From Thecamonas trahens ATCC 50062 (lineage: Eukaryota; Protista; Apusomonadida), in the NCBI RefSeq assembly GCF_000142905.1, contig NW_013657602.1:1-49652 (forward strand): a DNA stretch of 49,652 nt. Reading direction: 5' to 3'. Under the pieces are notes generated by a model, which saw only the letters and a list, made by a program, of their open reading frames with translations, searched no databases and was not told where the DNA came from. The translations under genes were made by a program, and so were the position numbers. Each line of letters starts with the position of its first letter. Within the stretch, counting starts at the first letter, position 1. Below, piece after piece: positions 21,945 through 34,600 of this stretch.

Positions 21945-24900
21945 TTACGCCTGGGCAGCGGGGGGGATGCCACGGTTGGGCTTGTAGTCGGTGGTGCGCG
22001 GCTCCATGGTGATGCAGTCGACCACGGGGCAGATGCCGAGGCAGATGGCGCAGCCAGTGCACCGGTCCTCGAGGACGCGCGGGAGGTGGGTGTCGAGGTT
22101 AAAGGCGATGGCCTGGTAGCCCGAAGAGGAGCAGCCGTTGACGCAGCGGCCGCAGTTGATGCAGAGCTCCTCGTCGATGACGGCGACAACCTGCTGGGAG
22201 TTGTCGAGGTCACCGTAGGTGCCGACGTTGGGCAGGGCCTTGCCGAGCTCCTCGGCGATGGACGACGGGCCGCGGACGACGTCGGCCTCGTTGGGGACGA
22301 GGAACGGCGACGGCTCGGCGAGGTTGACCGACTTGGCCCACTCAGAGCGAATGCGCTGGCGCTCCTTCTCGTAGGGGCCAAAGCGCGGGAGGCCCTTGCC
22401 GTGCTCGCGCATGACGGCGTTGACGCGCGGGACGCGGTCGGTGATGGCCGGCGGCGCCTGGCCGTCCCATCCGGCAAAGTCGCCACGTGACGCCATGTAC
22501 AGCTGCGTCTTGAGGCCCATGATGTAGTCCTGCACAATGGTAAAGTCCTCGTTGTGGACGGCCGAGCAGATCTGGACGACCGACGCGCCACAGTGGATGT
22601 ACTGCATCGCCGTCTCTGCAGACTCGACACCGCCAGTGGCCATGATGGGGAAGCCCGGAAGCGCGTTGCCGATGGCCGACACGGCCTTGAGCCCGATGGG
22701 CCGCGTCGCCGAGCCAGACACGCCTCCGTACGTCGTCTTCTTTTCCTTGCCCACCGCAGGCCACGCCTCGGCGTTGGTCTTGAGGCCCATCAGGCCCGAG
22801 ACCGTGTTGATGGCTGTCACGCCCGTAGCTCCACCGCGCTTGGCGGCCTCGGCAATGACGCGGATGTCGGTCACGTTCGGCGTGAGCTTGGCAAAGAACG
22901 GCACGTCGCCGCACACCTCCTTGACCCACTGGCAAATGCCGAGCACGAGCTCGGGGTTCTGGCCGCAGGCGAGGCCCATGCCGCGCTCGCCCATCCCATG
23001 CGGGCAAGAGAGATTGAGCTCGAGAGCGTCTGCGCCCGACTCGAGCGCCTGCTGGGCAAGGGTCTTCCAGTCCGACTCGTCAAAGGCAGCCATGATCGAG
23101 GCGACAATGATGCGGTCAGGGTAGTCGGCCTTGACGTCCTTGACAAACTTGCACCAGTACGCCGCAGTCTTCTCCGAGATGAGCTCGATGTTGAGGAAGG
23201 CGCCCTGGCTGGGACCAAACAGGTGGCCCGACGTCGTGCCGCGGACAATGCGCGGCGAGACGTTGGTGACAAGGTCCTTGTCGAGGCCAAAGGTCTTGGT
23301 GACGGCAAAGCCCCAGCCAGCGTTAAAGGCGGCGCGGATCATATCGCCCGAGGTGGCCGGCGTGGCCGAGGCGAGGCCGAACGGGTTGACAAAGTGGAGG
23401 CCGGCCATGTCAACCGAGATGTCGACGGCATCGATCTCCGAGTAGTACAGCGGGAGCTGCGGCGTCGACGGGACCGGCAGGCCGTGCAGGCCCTGCAGGT
23501 AGGTGTGCATGGACCACGAGGCAACCTTGCCGTCGTTGACAGCCTCAACAGTCGTGCCCGAGCCGGCGCAGTCGCCACCGGTAAAGAGCCACTCGGCGCC
23601 AGTCGCCACCATCGTCTGCGGGTCGTGCTCGATGCCGCCCCACGAGTTAAACGTGGCCGGCGCGAGCGCAGCGCGGAGCGCCTCGTCCTTGAGCGACGAG
23701 CCAAAGGCGGTAATGATAAAGTCCGCCTTGACCCGCGACCACTGCTCCTCGTCGACGTAGTACTTGCCCTCGTCGTCCATGTCGGTCCGGAAGAGCTCGA
23801 TGGCCTTGACCTTGCCAGACGCCTCGTCGACAATAACCGCCTTGGGCGACGAGAACGGGAGGAACTCGCAGCGCTCGTCGCGCGCAAGGTCCACCTCCTC
23901 GGGCACCGCGCGCATGTCGTTCATGCCCTTGCGGAAGACAACCGTGACACGCCGCGCGCCGCACCGGAAGGCCGACGTCGCGCAGTCAAACGCCGTGTCG
24001 CCGGCGCCAAGCACCACCACGTGCCCGTGGAGCTTGGGCAGGTCCGGCCGCGCCTCGCCGACGCACGCCGTCGCCTTGGACGCCGTCATCACCAGCGGGA
24101 GGAACTGCTTCGACGTGTACACGCCCTGCTCGGGCGTGAAATCCGCAAAGGCAGGCGCAACCTTGGCGTCCGGCGCGCCCACGCCGAGGAACACAGCCTC
24201 GGCCCCGGTCTCGGCCTTGATCTGTGCCAGCGTCCGCTCGGCAGAAACCGGCGAGTTGAACTCAAACACCACGCCAAGGTCCTTCGCCTGCTGCACCTCC
24301 CACTCGACAACCTCAAATGGCAGACGGTACGACGGGATCTCCGTCGTCGACAGGCCGCCCACAAACGCGTTCTTCTCGTACACCGTCAGGTTCGAGTACC
24401 CCAGCCGCGCCAGGAACGTCGCCGCCGAAATCGACGCAGGGCCCGCGCCGATAAACGCCACAGGCGTCGAGAACGACTCGGGGAGCTCGTCGAGCGAAGG
24501 CGCCGCCGGGTTGCGGATCTGCTTCACGCCCATCTTCATGAACACCTGCGTGGCAAACTGCTGGAGGCCACCAATGTTGATCGCTCCCTCCTCGGCAGCG
24601 TGCAGGTTGCACCCGCCCACACACAGCTCAGACGTCGGGCACACCATGCCGCACGTCAGACCCAGCGGGTTGTCCGACAGAATGTACCGCGCCGCGCCGT
24701 AGTAGTTGCGGTTCGCAATGCACGAGATGAACGCTTTGACGTCGAGCTGCGTCGGGCACGACTTTTGGCACGGCGCGTCCGCGCACTTGAGGCACCGCCG
24801 TGCCTCAAACAGCGCACCACGCTCCGTCAGCGTTGTCGGCTTGATGTCCTCAAAGTCATGCGCGAGCGCCGTTCCAGGCGTGTGGATGTTGCGCTTAAAG

Positions 24901-25775
24901 TGCTCCTGCTGCTTGTGCACCTGCGTCGTCGGCACGCACTTGGCGTACTCGTCGACCGTCGACGAGAAGGCGAGGATGGCCTGTGTACGGGGAGGGGTAA
25001 GGTGAGTGTGGGAGGGGAAAAAAAAAAGGTCGTGTTAAAGGTGGGGAGGGAGGGGGGATAGTTGATGAGCTAGGGAGGGATGGAGGGAGGGGGTTAGAAG
25101 GGAAAGGAGGAGGAGGAGGAGGCTGTGGTGGAGGTGGAAGTGGAGGTGGTGGAGGTGGTGGTGTGGAGGGAGAGGGGAGGGGGGGGGGGGGGGGGGAGGG
25201 GGGGGGGACAGGCGAGGGGGGGACAGGCGAGGGCGAACCCCAAGCCAACAGACATAGCAAGGGTGTTCACATCGATCCTCCCCCACCCCCCCTTCCTCCA
25301 AAGGGAGAAAAAAAAAGCGAGGCCATTGATTAAATAACGTTGGGATTATCGTTGCGAGAGCGATGAACGATGGAAAAACGAAAACAAAGGCTTGGCCGTC
25401 TCAACCTCCCCACGTGGCGGACAGACGACCAAAGACAGAGGCGAGTTTGGACGAATAAAGGGGAGGAGGAGACCACAGACAGGCGCTGAGGTCGGAGTGT
25501 GCCTGAGCAAGGACCGAGGCTTCGGGCGAGGACAAAGGCCACTGCCGCCGCGCTTATGTCCGCTCGCACTGTTCCAAGCTGGTCGAGAGTCGGCCAGAGA
25601 GCATGGCAAAGGCAAAAAATGTTCGCGCCACACCGGCAGGCGCAACCACCCTGCTGTCGCCCGCCACGCCGCAGGCAGGCAAAGACGCTAGCTACAACAA
25701 CACGTTGCAAGGGCTTGTGGTGCGTACCTCGATGTCGACGATTTCATTCGTGGTCGGAGAGGACGAAGACGACAT
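21945..25775 (-). CDS. DPYD: Dihydropyrimidine dehydrogenase (NADP+), single-chain eukaryotic type, 1027 aa
   Basis: Exon 1 [16 protein letters not shown], intron 25727-24981; [62 protein letters not shown] (catalytic Cys), C-terminal CxxCxxCxxxC ferredoxin motifs. Confidence 0.97.
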
Positions 25776-26179
25776 GATTGAGATGAGAGAAAAGTATGAG
25801 CCGCGCCTCCGAGTCGAGTCGGCCAAGAGCCACTCAGCCAGAGAGGCCAAACGTCGAACCGTTGGAATGGCAACCAACAGGCGCGCCGGGTGACGGTCCG
25901 AGGCCTCTGCCCAGCTCCCAGGAACCACTGCGTCGAGGATCACAGCTGCCCCCAGACAAAGAAGGCGCATCGCCATACGCCGCCGGTTTACTCATCACAT
26001 CTGCTCCACTGTGGCCAGCCGGCCAACGGCAAGCGGGTCGGGCTTGGCATCGAGAGGAGGAAAAGAAAAATCAAGAGCACGGCAGAGCACAATCAAGTCA
26101 CCTCTTCCCCTCCACCACACACGCAGATGCAAGCACCAAGGAGGGGACGCATGGTTTTACGCCGTCGCCAACGATACGA

Positions 26180-28482
26180 TTACTTCTTCTTCTTCTTCTT
26201 CTCCTTCTCCTTCTTCTTCTTCTTGTCCTTACCCTTGGACGAGTCCGAGGCCGCGGCGCCGCCCTTGTTCGCCGAGAGCTGACGGCGGAGGTGTGCAGGG
26301 AGCTTGAGGAAGCAGCGGCGGCACATGGGCTGCGAGTCCTTGAACGAGCAGAAGGTTGCGCCGGCGAGGGCCTTGTCGCAACCAACGCAGGTGAAATGAT
26401 CCGGGTGCCACTGCTTGCCGAGCGCGGTGACGCCACGGCCGGTGATGGAGCGGCCGCACTTTGCGCAAACGGTGCCGAAGAGCTGGTGGTAGTGCACGTC
26501 ACAGTACGGTCGGCCCTCGCGCTCAAAGAACGAACCGCCGGCAAACGGCTTTTCGCAGTGAGCGCAGACAAAGTGCTCCGGGTGCCACTGCTTGCCGAGC
26601 GCGGTGACGCAGCGGCCGGCAATCGGCCGCCGGCACTTTGCGCAGCACGACGCGAGTAGCGCGTTGTAGTCCGACTCGCAGTAGAGACGGCCGTCGTACT
26701 CAAAGCACTTGGCTGACTGGAACGGCTTTTGGCACTGTGCACACGAAAAGTGCTGCGGGTGGACCTTGTGGCCCTGGATGACCAGAAACTCGCCGGTGAT
26801 CGCCTGTCCGCACTTGCCGCACTGCACCGACATGCCCTGGCCCTGCATGCCAGGCTGTGGCATGCCCTGCTGCGGCATCCCGCCCTGCTGCGGCATCCCG
26901 CCCTGCTGCGGCATCCCGCCCTGCTGCGGCGCCTGTCCCTGCATGCCAACATTCCGCCGCCGCCCTGCATCGAGTGCATCGCCGGCTGCATCCCGCCCTG
27001 CATGCCCATTCCGCCCTGCATGCCCATTCGCCCTGCATGCCCTGGCCCTGCATGCCCTGGCCCTGCATGCCCTGGCCCTGCATGCCCTGGCCCTGCCCGT
27101 ACCCGCCCATCGAGGCCATCGGGTTCGACGGTGGCGGCGCTGCGCCCGTCGCCACCGCCTGGCACGACTTGCAGCACGGCGCGCCCTGGAACTCCACATA
27201 CGCCCCAGACGCCAGCGGCGCGTTGCACCGCGAGCACATAAAGTGCTCTGGGTGCCACTTCTTCTCCAGCGCGTTGATGCACTGCCCGGTGATCGGGTTG
27301 CGGCACGACGCGCACCGCGGACCAAACAGGTCCGTGTAGTCAAACTGGCAGTACGGCTTGCCGTCAAACTCAAAGAACTGTCCGTTCTGGAACGGCTTGA
27401 AGCACTGCGCACACACAAAGTGCTCCGGATGCCATTTGCGGTTGAGCGCAGTCACGCTCTTGCCCATCACAGGCTCGCGGCACTGCGCGCACGGCGTCGT
27501 GTCTGCCGCGGGAGCGTCCGCAAGAATCTCGTTGAACAGATCGTCCACCTCTTGCGACGCACCCGGCTCGCCGCCGGCCCCCGCTCCGGCCCCGCCCACC
27601 GGGGTGCCCGGCGATGCCGCCGCATACGGGTTGACCCCTGGCATGGCGGTACCTGCCCCAACAGAGACCAGGCCGGGTGGGATGCCACCCATCCCGCCCA
27701 TCCCGCCCATGCCCGGAGAGCCTGCTCCCGCCGCACCTGCCTGGAACTGTCCATTCAGCAGCTGCTGCGTCGAGAGATTCGCCAGCGCATCTGCGTTGGG
27801 TGCCGGCAGTCCGTCGACGCCACCGAGGTCAAGGTCGGCAAGGATATCCTGAAGCTCATCACCACCACCGCTACAACACAAGACAACAGAGAGAGTGAGT
27901 GTGAGAGAGAGAGAGAGAGAGTCATTGCGCTAGCCCGAGTCCAAGCCCGAGTCCCAGCCCGAGCTGTACCAGCTGTGCGCCGCGATTTCCATTGCCACCA
28001 TCATCTCTACCTTGACTCCACCTTCCATTCCCGCCCCAGTCCCGGTCTTGGGCCCTGTCCCCAGTATTGGGCCCTGTCCCCGGTCTTGGCTCCCGTCATC
28101 GGTCTGGGGTGTCCCCCGTCCCCGTCCCCCTTCTGCCGCAACCGACAGCAACGATTCTCCCGACGACGACTCTGGCATGCATAACCACCATTCTACCACG
28201 CCATATATGGCACACAGTCGGTCATATACATGCACTTGTGTGGGAATGGGGAGGGTGGGGGAGGACGGGAGGGGGTACGGGCGGGGGGGGGGGGGGGGGG
28301 GGGACAGGAGACTGGGGACGGGGGGAGCCAAGGGGACTGGGGCAAAAAAAGCATTGATAACCAATATGAAAGAATCAAGGGTTTTGGGTGGTCACGCACA
28401 TTGTCAAAGTGACCGACGGCAGGGGGGGGGGGATAGGTGAAGAGGAGGGAAGAGGGAAGGGATTGGGGTTGACGTACTCCAT
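26180..28482 (-). CDS. Paxillin/PINCH-related protein: LD motifs + 5 LIM domains + polybasic tail, about 565 aa
   Basis: 5-nt coding exon ATGGA (28482-28478), intron 28477-27871, giving MDGGGDELQDILADL; second LD-like VDDLFNEIL; five CxxC..H..xF.CxxC..C LIMs; GQGMQ/PQQGG spacer with two frameshifts. Confidence 0.87.
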
Positions 28483-28943
28483 CTTGGGTGTGTGACTGTG
28501 CGCAGAGTGCGGTGTGGGAAGAGAGAAAACGAGGTGGGCGTGGTAGGGCTGGGCGTGGGGGTGGTGACCGAGGGAGGGGGGGACAGTGGTCGCTGTTCGC
28601 TCGAATGGCTTCAACGAACGAACGCCGACAGGCGACGACCATGCCGTTGGCGAGGACAATGCGGCAAGTGAGGAGGGTGAGGGTGTGTGTATGAGCGGGA
28701 TCATATTGGATCAAGAAGGGTGGGGGGGAGGGGTGAGGGGGGTGGCTTTATACGTATCGGGATCCGTATTGATCATCATGCAGTGGGCCGCCAAGATGAA
28801 CAGAGCGGAGAAGGGGGGTGGCGTCATCATGGCCATCACAGGCACTACGGCCATCATGGCCATAGCGGCCATCATGGCCAGGGCAGACATATTGGCACTC
28901 GCTAACAGTGCCAACCCTAGTCAGCAACACCATCACCGCCATA

Positions 28944-28997
28944 GCCATCGCCATCGCCATCGCCATCGCCATCGCCATCGCCATCGCCATCGCCATC
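28944..28997. repeat. (GCCATC)n hexamer microsatellite
   Basis: Direct reading; related units at about 42405-42500 (GATGGC). Confidence 0.85.
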
Positions 28998-29145
28998 GTC
29001 ATGACTGTGGCAGATGGCGGCAGACGACTGTCGGCGTGGTAAGAGGTGAGGGAGACACACACACAAACATACATGCATACACACATACACACACTCCACG
29101 CAAGAAGAAGAGACTCAGTTGGGCTTGGACCGCAGGTGGAGGACG

Positions 29146-30344
29146 ATGAGCAGTCAGCGACACCAGGTCGAGGTGGTTGCGGTGGAGCAGAGCAGACCAA
29201 AGTCGCGGCTCGGAAGACAGCCGCCGGTCATCTACACCATTCGCCTCACCGATCTTCGCACGCCGCCGGCTACCTTGCCTCGATGGACCGTCAAGAGATC
29301 TGCTAGCTCAATTGCTAGTGTGCTAGAGGCTCTTGGTGCAAAACTAGGGCTTTTGCCATCACCAGGCTCGATCACGCCACCGAGGAGAGCCAAGCCGCCG
29401 CCTGCCGCGCTGTCCAAGACGCGCTGGCGGAGGTTGTGGCGGATGACATCGCCGCAGACTCGATCGCTGTCCGGCGTCTGCTGGACATCGACCCGGTCTC
29501 GCACATGAGCCAGCGGGCAGTGGCGGTGACCGCCTCGTTTCTCGCCCGTGATCACACCGTGTACCAGATCAAGGTCCAGATCGGGACCGCCTCGTGGCGG
29601 CTACTCCGCCGGTTTGCCCAGTTCCGCGCCCTCGCTCGCGATCTTGTCGCCGAGCTCGGAGACAGCGCGCCGTGGGCGTGTCTCATGCCCAAGGCCTCGT
29701 ACTTTGGAAGGAAGAAGCCGTCGGTTGTTGCCCACCGCAAGAACGCACTCAACGCCTTTCTCCAGGCCGCTGTCGCTGACGACGCCGCCTGGGCGTCGCC
29801 GTTCTTGCAGATATTCCTCCGAGTCAAGGCCAACTACCGCCCGCTTCAGCCGCGGACAACAGCGTTCTCGCGTAAGGTCACTTCGCTGCCGCCGGGTGCC
29901 ATGTACGCCTCGCTGCCGTCGAGCCTCTCGGGCGCCAGCGCCGGCGCTGGCGCCAGTGCCAGCCTGGGCTCAAGGCCGTCGAGCTCGCCGCTCCGCGTCC
30001 CGCGGGCAGCCACATCGCAGGCCGCCCGCGCCACAGCCTCGTCCGTTGGCACCGATGCCTGGATCCAGCTCTTTGCCTCTGGAGCGGTACCTGCAGACGT
30101 CATGGCAGTAGCAAGCTCGGGCGACGCGTCGCCGGGCGCGCCGTCGTCGTACACGCAGCGCGTCGACGAGTGGTCATCCCTCCCAGTCGCACCTACCATG
30201 CGTCAGCTGCACACCACCACGCCGGTCGAGGACGACGGGACTGCGCCCGACGACTCAGTCTGTGACGGAACGTTTTATACAGACGCCGGCGGCGTCTCTT
30301 CTGACGATGACGAGTTCTTCTCGGCGTCGGGCGACGGCGGCTGA
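29146..30344 (+). CDS. PX (phox homology) domain protein, probably tandem PX, about 399 aa
   Basis: VYQIKV..WRLLRRFAQFRAL..MPK..HRKNALNAFLQ..FL (PX); upstream degenerate PX IYTIRL..WTVKRS; frameshift about 29365; start uncertain. Confidence 0.75.
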
Positions 30345-30351
30345 GTGCATG

Positions 30352-31359
30352 CTACGCACGCGACGCTGCAAGCGCCTCGTACAGCTCGCCCATGTCGTGG
30401 CGAAGCTCGATGGAGCGGCAGAACCGGACGTCGAGCGAGGTCAGCGCCGCCAGCCGCGGGCCGAGCGTCTCCAGCACATCGCTGTCCGAGAGATGCAGCA
30501 GGCCGGCGAGCGAGAGCGTGGTAATGCCGGGCGCGCCATCAGCAAGCGCCGCCAGGCCGGTCACCGTCACATCCAGGCACCCGGCGAGGACCACCGACTG
30601 CAGCTGCGTGCACTGCGCCAGCGCGCTCAACCCGGCGTCGGTGATCTTGCGGCAGTCGAAAAGGTCGATGGCAGTCAGGCTCCCGCTCGCAGCGGAAACC
30701 AGCGCCTCGAGGGCTGCGTCTGTCACTCCAGGCACCCGCGCCAGGCTCAGCGACTTGAGCGAGCTCGCGCTCGCCAGCAGAGACTCCAGCTCTCCGCCGC
30801 CGATTCGCAGCGCGCCCGAGAGATCCAACTGCTCCAGCTGCGGAACGAGGCGAGCCAGGACCGGCAGTGCGTCCGATCGCAGCTCTTGGGCAGCCGGAAG
30901 CAGCAGACCGCGGCACGCTGATCCGTTTGTAGCCAAGGCAACGAGGCCATCGACGACTTTGCTCGATGCAAGCCAATGCCGCACATGATAGCCATCGATA
31001 ACACCCGGACTCGGAAGAGCAGCATATGTCCCCAGCACTTGCACCACTTGTTCTACGCTTGCAGTTTGGGGCAACTCCTCCAGCGGAATGGTGAGAAGCA
31101 CCTGAGCCCATTCCACCTTGTCTGTCATCGTGCCCGCTTCGCCTGTCGTCTCGGTCGGGCTGCTGCTGCTGCCTGTCGTCGTCGTCGTCCCCTCGCCAGC
31201 CTTGCCTTGCCCAGCCTCGTTGCTTCCGCCTGCCCCCGCCATGAGACTATACCCGATAACGACTTGGTTATCGCCACATGCGCCCTGCACAAGCTCGTCC
31301 ACGGTTGTCGCCATGCCTGTCGTTGTCTGCGCGTCGTCAAGTGTGCCGCCGACCGCCAT
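30352..31359 (-). CDS. Leucine-rich repeat protein (FBXL/AMN1-type LRR_CC)
   Basis: LEQLDLSG, LKSLSL..VTDAAL, LTAIDLFDCRKITDAGL, LQSVVLAGC, LTSLDVRFC; possible degenerate F-box; 5' end uncertain (possible upstream exon). Confidence 0.8.
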   Translation of the reverse strand: MAVGGTLDDAQTTTGMATTVDELVQGACGDNQVVIGYSLMAGAGGSNEAGQGKAGEGTTTTTGSSSSPTETTGEAGTMTDKVEWAQVLLTIPLEELPQTASVEQVVQVLGTYAALPSPGVIDGYHVRHWLASSKVVDGLVALATNGSACRGLLLPAAQELRSDALPVLARLVPQLEQLDLSGALRIGGGELESLLASASSLKSLSLARVPGVTDAALEALVSAASGSLTAIDLFDCRKITDAGLSALAQCTQLQSVVLAGCLDVTVTGLAALADGAPGITTLSLAGLLHLSDSDVLETLGPRLAALTSLDVRFCRSIELRHDMGELYEALAASRA

Positions 31360-31855
31360 TTCGCCAAGGCCATTGATCACCCCCGCGTGGGCGCAGCGAT
31401 GGCTGGAAAGGGGATAGTGAGGCAAGGAACGAAATCGGGTGGTGGAGATGGAGCGTTAGAAGAGGGGGTGATAGTGTAAGCTCGGGAAGGTGGCGGGGAT
31501 CTGCAGTGATGGGCGTGGAAGCTCGGGAGGCATCGACAACCCTTGGCTGATTAAAACTGTGCCGATCAAAGATCGGAAGTTGAACTGAAGGCATGTTACT
31601 CCCACGGGTAAGGGAGCTCACCAGGTTGCGATCTCCACCTTGGACAAGCACCATCAGGGATGGAAGATAGCAAGAATGCGACCGTGTGGTTGATTGCAAT
31701 GACTACCCTGTGCGAGCAGCAATTGTGGGCGATGGGACGTGCTTGTGTCTCGGACGGCGACAGGCGATGGGGTGGGGGGGGGGGAGGTGACAAGGCGAGG
31801 TTCGGCCGCAGACGACTGACACGACACTCTCCAGCAGGCGGGAGAGCACCGCGAG

Positions 31856-31886
<31 letters not shown>

Positions 31887-31917
31887 TAGAGTCAGAGGGA
31901 GGGAGAAGAACAGGAAG

Positions 31918-33355
31918 ATGTCTGCCTGTGAGTCCACCATTGTCAACTCTACCGAGGAGCTGCTTGCGGGTAGGTGCAAGTGTGTATGAGCGAGGGTGTG
32001 TCCGTGTGCTGTGCAGGGTGGCTCGGGTGGGTATGGACTCATCGCGAAGGGGGATATGATTGGCTGGTCGTCGTGGCTCGGTGGCTCGTGGCTCGTGCTT
32101 GCGGCCATGCTCGCGGTTGTGGCTGTGGTTGTGGTTGTCGTTGTGTTTGTGGCTGTGGCCGTCTTCCCCGATCCTGGCTCCCCCCCTGGTCATGGTCTCC
32201 TCTCGCTCGCTCATCCTCACTCCTGGCTCCTGGCTCTCGGCCCCGGTTGACCCCGGTTGATGACTATGGCCCTGCGGATGGCTGCCAACAGAGGTCGAGG
32301 TGGAACAAGCCGAGTCCCGCGAGGACTTTGAACTGCGTGTGCGCAAGATCAAGAAGCGAGTGAACCCGGACGTGTCGTCGCGCAAGTGGGGCGTGAAGCG
32401 CCATGCCGATGTGCCGGAAGAGGTGCTCCGCGGGAGTGGCGAGCTGGATCACCTACTCCCACGGTTTGACGCGCGAACAATGACCGAGGCCGAGTGGTTT
32501 GCCTTTGAGGCGCTCGACCGGCCGTGCGTAATCGAGAATCTGATGGACGACTGGAAGGCGCCGGCCAAGTGGACGCCGCGACGGTTCATGCGCAAGTACG
32601 CCGACAAGACCTTTGACGTCGGCTCGTTTAACTACACAGACATGACATGGGCGCAGTTTGTGCGGTACGCGCTGACCAACGACGACGACTCGCCGCTGTA
32701 CGTCTTTGATCCGTACTACGGGAGCAAGTATCCCAAGCTGCTGCAGCAGTACACCGTCCCGCGCTTCTTCCGCGACGACTACCACCAGTATGCCGGCGAA
32801 AAGGATCGCCCACTCTACCGCTGGTTCCTCGTCGGGCCCAAGCGGTCCGGAACGGGCATCCACCAGGATCCCGGCAACACCTCGGCGTGGAATGCGCTGG
32901 TCATGGGCCAGAAGCGGTGGGCCTTCTTCCCGCCAAGCACCAAGGGCTCGGTGGTCAAGCCGCCCAAGGGCGCCGGTGACGAGGGCATCGACTGGTGGCT
33001 CGACGTCTACCCACAGCTCCGCCCGCGCGCCGAGGAGCTTGGCATGATCGAGTATACCCAAAAGGCCGGCGAGACGCTGTTTGTCCCGTGGAAGTGGTGG
33101 CACGTTGTCCTCAACACCGAGTTCACCGTCTCGGTCACCCAGAACTTTGCCTCGCGCGTCAACATGCCGCACGTCTGGCGCTACACCAAGAAATACCGCC
33201 CCAAGTACGGGCGCCGCTGGTACTTTAAGCTCCCGCCCGAGGTCCGCGACGCGCTCGACGTCTCCGACTTTGACTTGACCGGCCCGGTCGAGGGCTCCGA
33301 CTCGAGCTCGAGCTCAAGCTCGTCGAGCTCCGAGGCGTCATGGGACGGCGACTGA
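31918..33355 (+). CDS. JMJD6: JmjC 2-oxoglutarate oxygenase, JMJD6/PSR-like, about 371 aa
   Basis: DDSPLYVFD, YRWFLVGPKRSGTGIHQDP..TSAWNAL..GQKRW, GETLFVP..WWHVVLN, TQNFAS, poly-Ser tail; exon 1 31918-31969 inferred, intron 31970-32291. Confidence 0.88.
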
Positions 33356-33392
33356 GCGCCGACGGCTGGCGCCGAGGCTTGCAGCGCGGCCA

Positions 33393-34444
33393 TCACAGCC
33401 GCGAATGGAGCTTGGACGGCGCCGCCCGGACGACGGTGCCCTCGATGTAACCCGCAGGGTCGTCGACCGGAAAGTACACCTCATTGTTGTTCTCGAGGCC
33501 GAACCGCTGGATGTCGTAGAGGAAGACATGGATGTTGGGCATGATAAACGTGATCGTCTCCAGCTCAGGCACCCGCTCCATGACCTCCTCGCCGATGTCG
33601 TACACCATCTGCTGGACAGAGAGCGAATAGCGGTTGGCGAAAAGTCGAGCGTGACGTTGCGAATCATTGAGAGCGCCGCGCCGTAGCCCGGCTCCGAGCC
33701 ACGTGCAAACGTCCAGTTGGCCGTCACCGACGTGCACAGGAGCCGGTCGTGCATCTCCGGCAGCGTCGTGTACTCGCACCGCGGGAAGCCCTCAAAGCCC
33801 GATCCCGTCGTCTTGAGCACACGCAGGCCCTTAAAGCCCGACACAACGTCCGCGCCGCCGTCCGCCCGCGTCGTCGCCGATGCCGTGCGATAGCACGGCC
33901 CGGCCTCGGCAAACGCCGTCTTGTGCGCACCCTCCTGCCCATCAGGCGCATCAAGCCGCTCCCACAGAGGCTGGCGGATGTCGACCTTGCACTGGGTAAC
34001 TGTGATGGGGAAGAGAGAGAGTGTGTGTGAGAGAGAGCAAGATCCGGCCCTTGTGAGTGTATGGGAGGCAGGGCACCCGCAGCAGCGCCACCATCATCCC
34101 CATCCCCATCCCCATCCCCATCCCCATCCCCATCCCCATCCCCATCATCATCCCCATGACGTACCCTGAGCGTATTTCGACTTGAAATGCTGGGCAACAG
34201 ACTCTGCAAACGACTCGATGGGAGTGACAGGATGGATCTTGGCCAGAGCATACACGGTGTTCTTCATGGTATCCGTAGGCACCGTCGTCGAGTTATCTCC
34301 CGAGAGATACGTCCTCGCAAAGTCGGCGCCCCACAAATACACGTCGACGGAGAGCTCCGTCACCACGTGTCGAGGTCCACTGCGGTCGACGTGGACGACA
34401 CGAATGCGTGACTTGCCATAGTGATGCTCTCCAAGCGCTGCCAT
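33393..34444 (-). CDS. UOX: Urate oxidase (uricase), about 295 aa, C-terminal PTS1 (SRL)
   Basis: YGK, GDNS..VPTDTMKNTV, LRVLKTTGSGFEGF..EYTTLPE..DRLL, SVQ, MPNIH; intron 34164-34000; one T-run frameshift about 33640. Confidence 0.96.
34096..34145. repeat. (CCCCAT)n microsatellite in the uricase intron
   Basis: Direct reading. Confidence 0.85.
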
Positions 34445-34600
34445 GTTGGGCTTTCCGTCCTGTTTCTCGTTCTCGAACAGAGTAAAGTAAGTAGCTCAGT
34501 CCCGTCTCTTGTCCCTTCCCTCCGCCCCCCCCCCCTTCGCTGCCCCACTCCAACTCATATCATCGGTCGCCTGACTCACTCGCCCGACTCAAACCGACTC

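Noticed and set aside
22554-25061. Long antisense ORFs over DPYD (likewise over XDH, the LIM gene and the coiled-coil gene)
   Set aside because: Expected shadow ORFs of high-GC3 coding sequence
28820-29000. His-rich peptide (HHGHHRHYGHH, HR repeats) as a metal-binding protein
   Set aside because: Translation of GCCATC/ATGGCC microsatellites in a divergent intergenic region; no convincing gene model
31918-33355. JmjC oxygenase next to uricase as a purine-pathway enzyme (XanA-like)
   Set aside because: Motifs match JMJD6 protein hydroxylase, whereas fungal XanA is TauD-family. The gene is convergent with uricase and probably a bystander.
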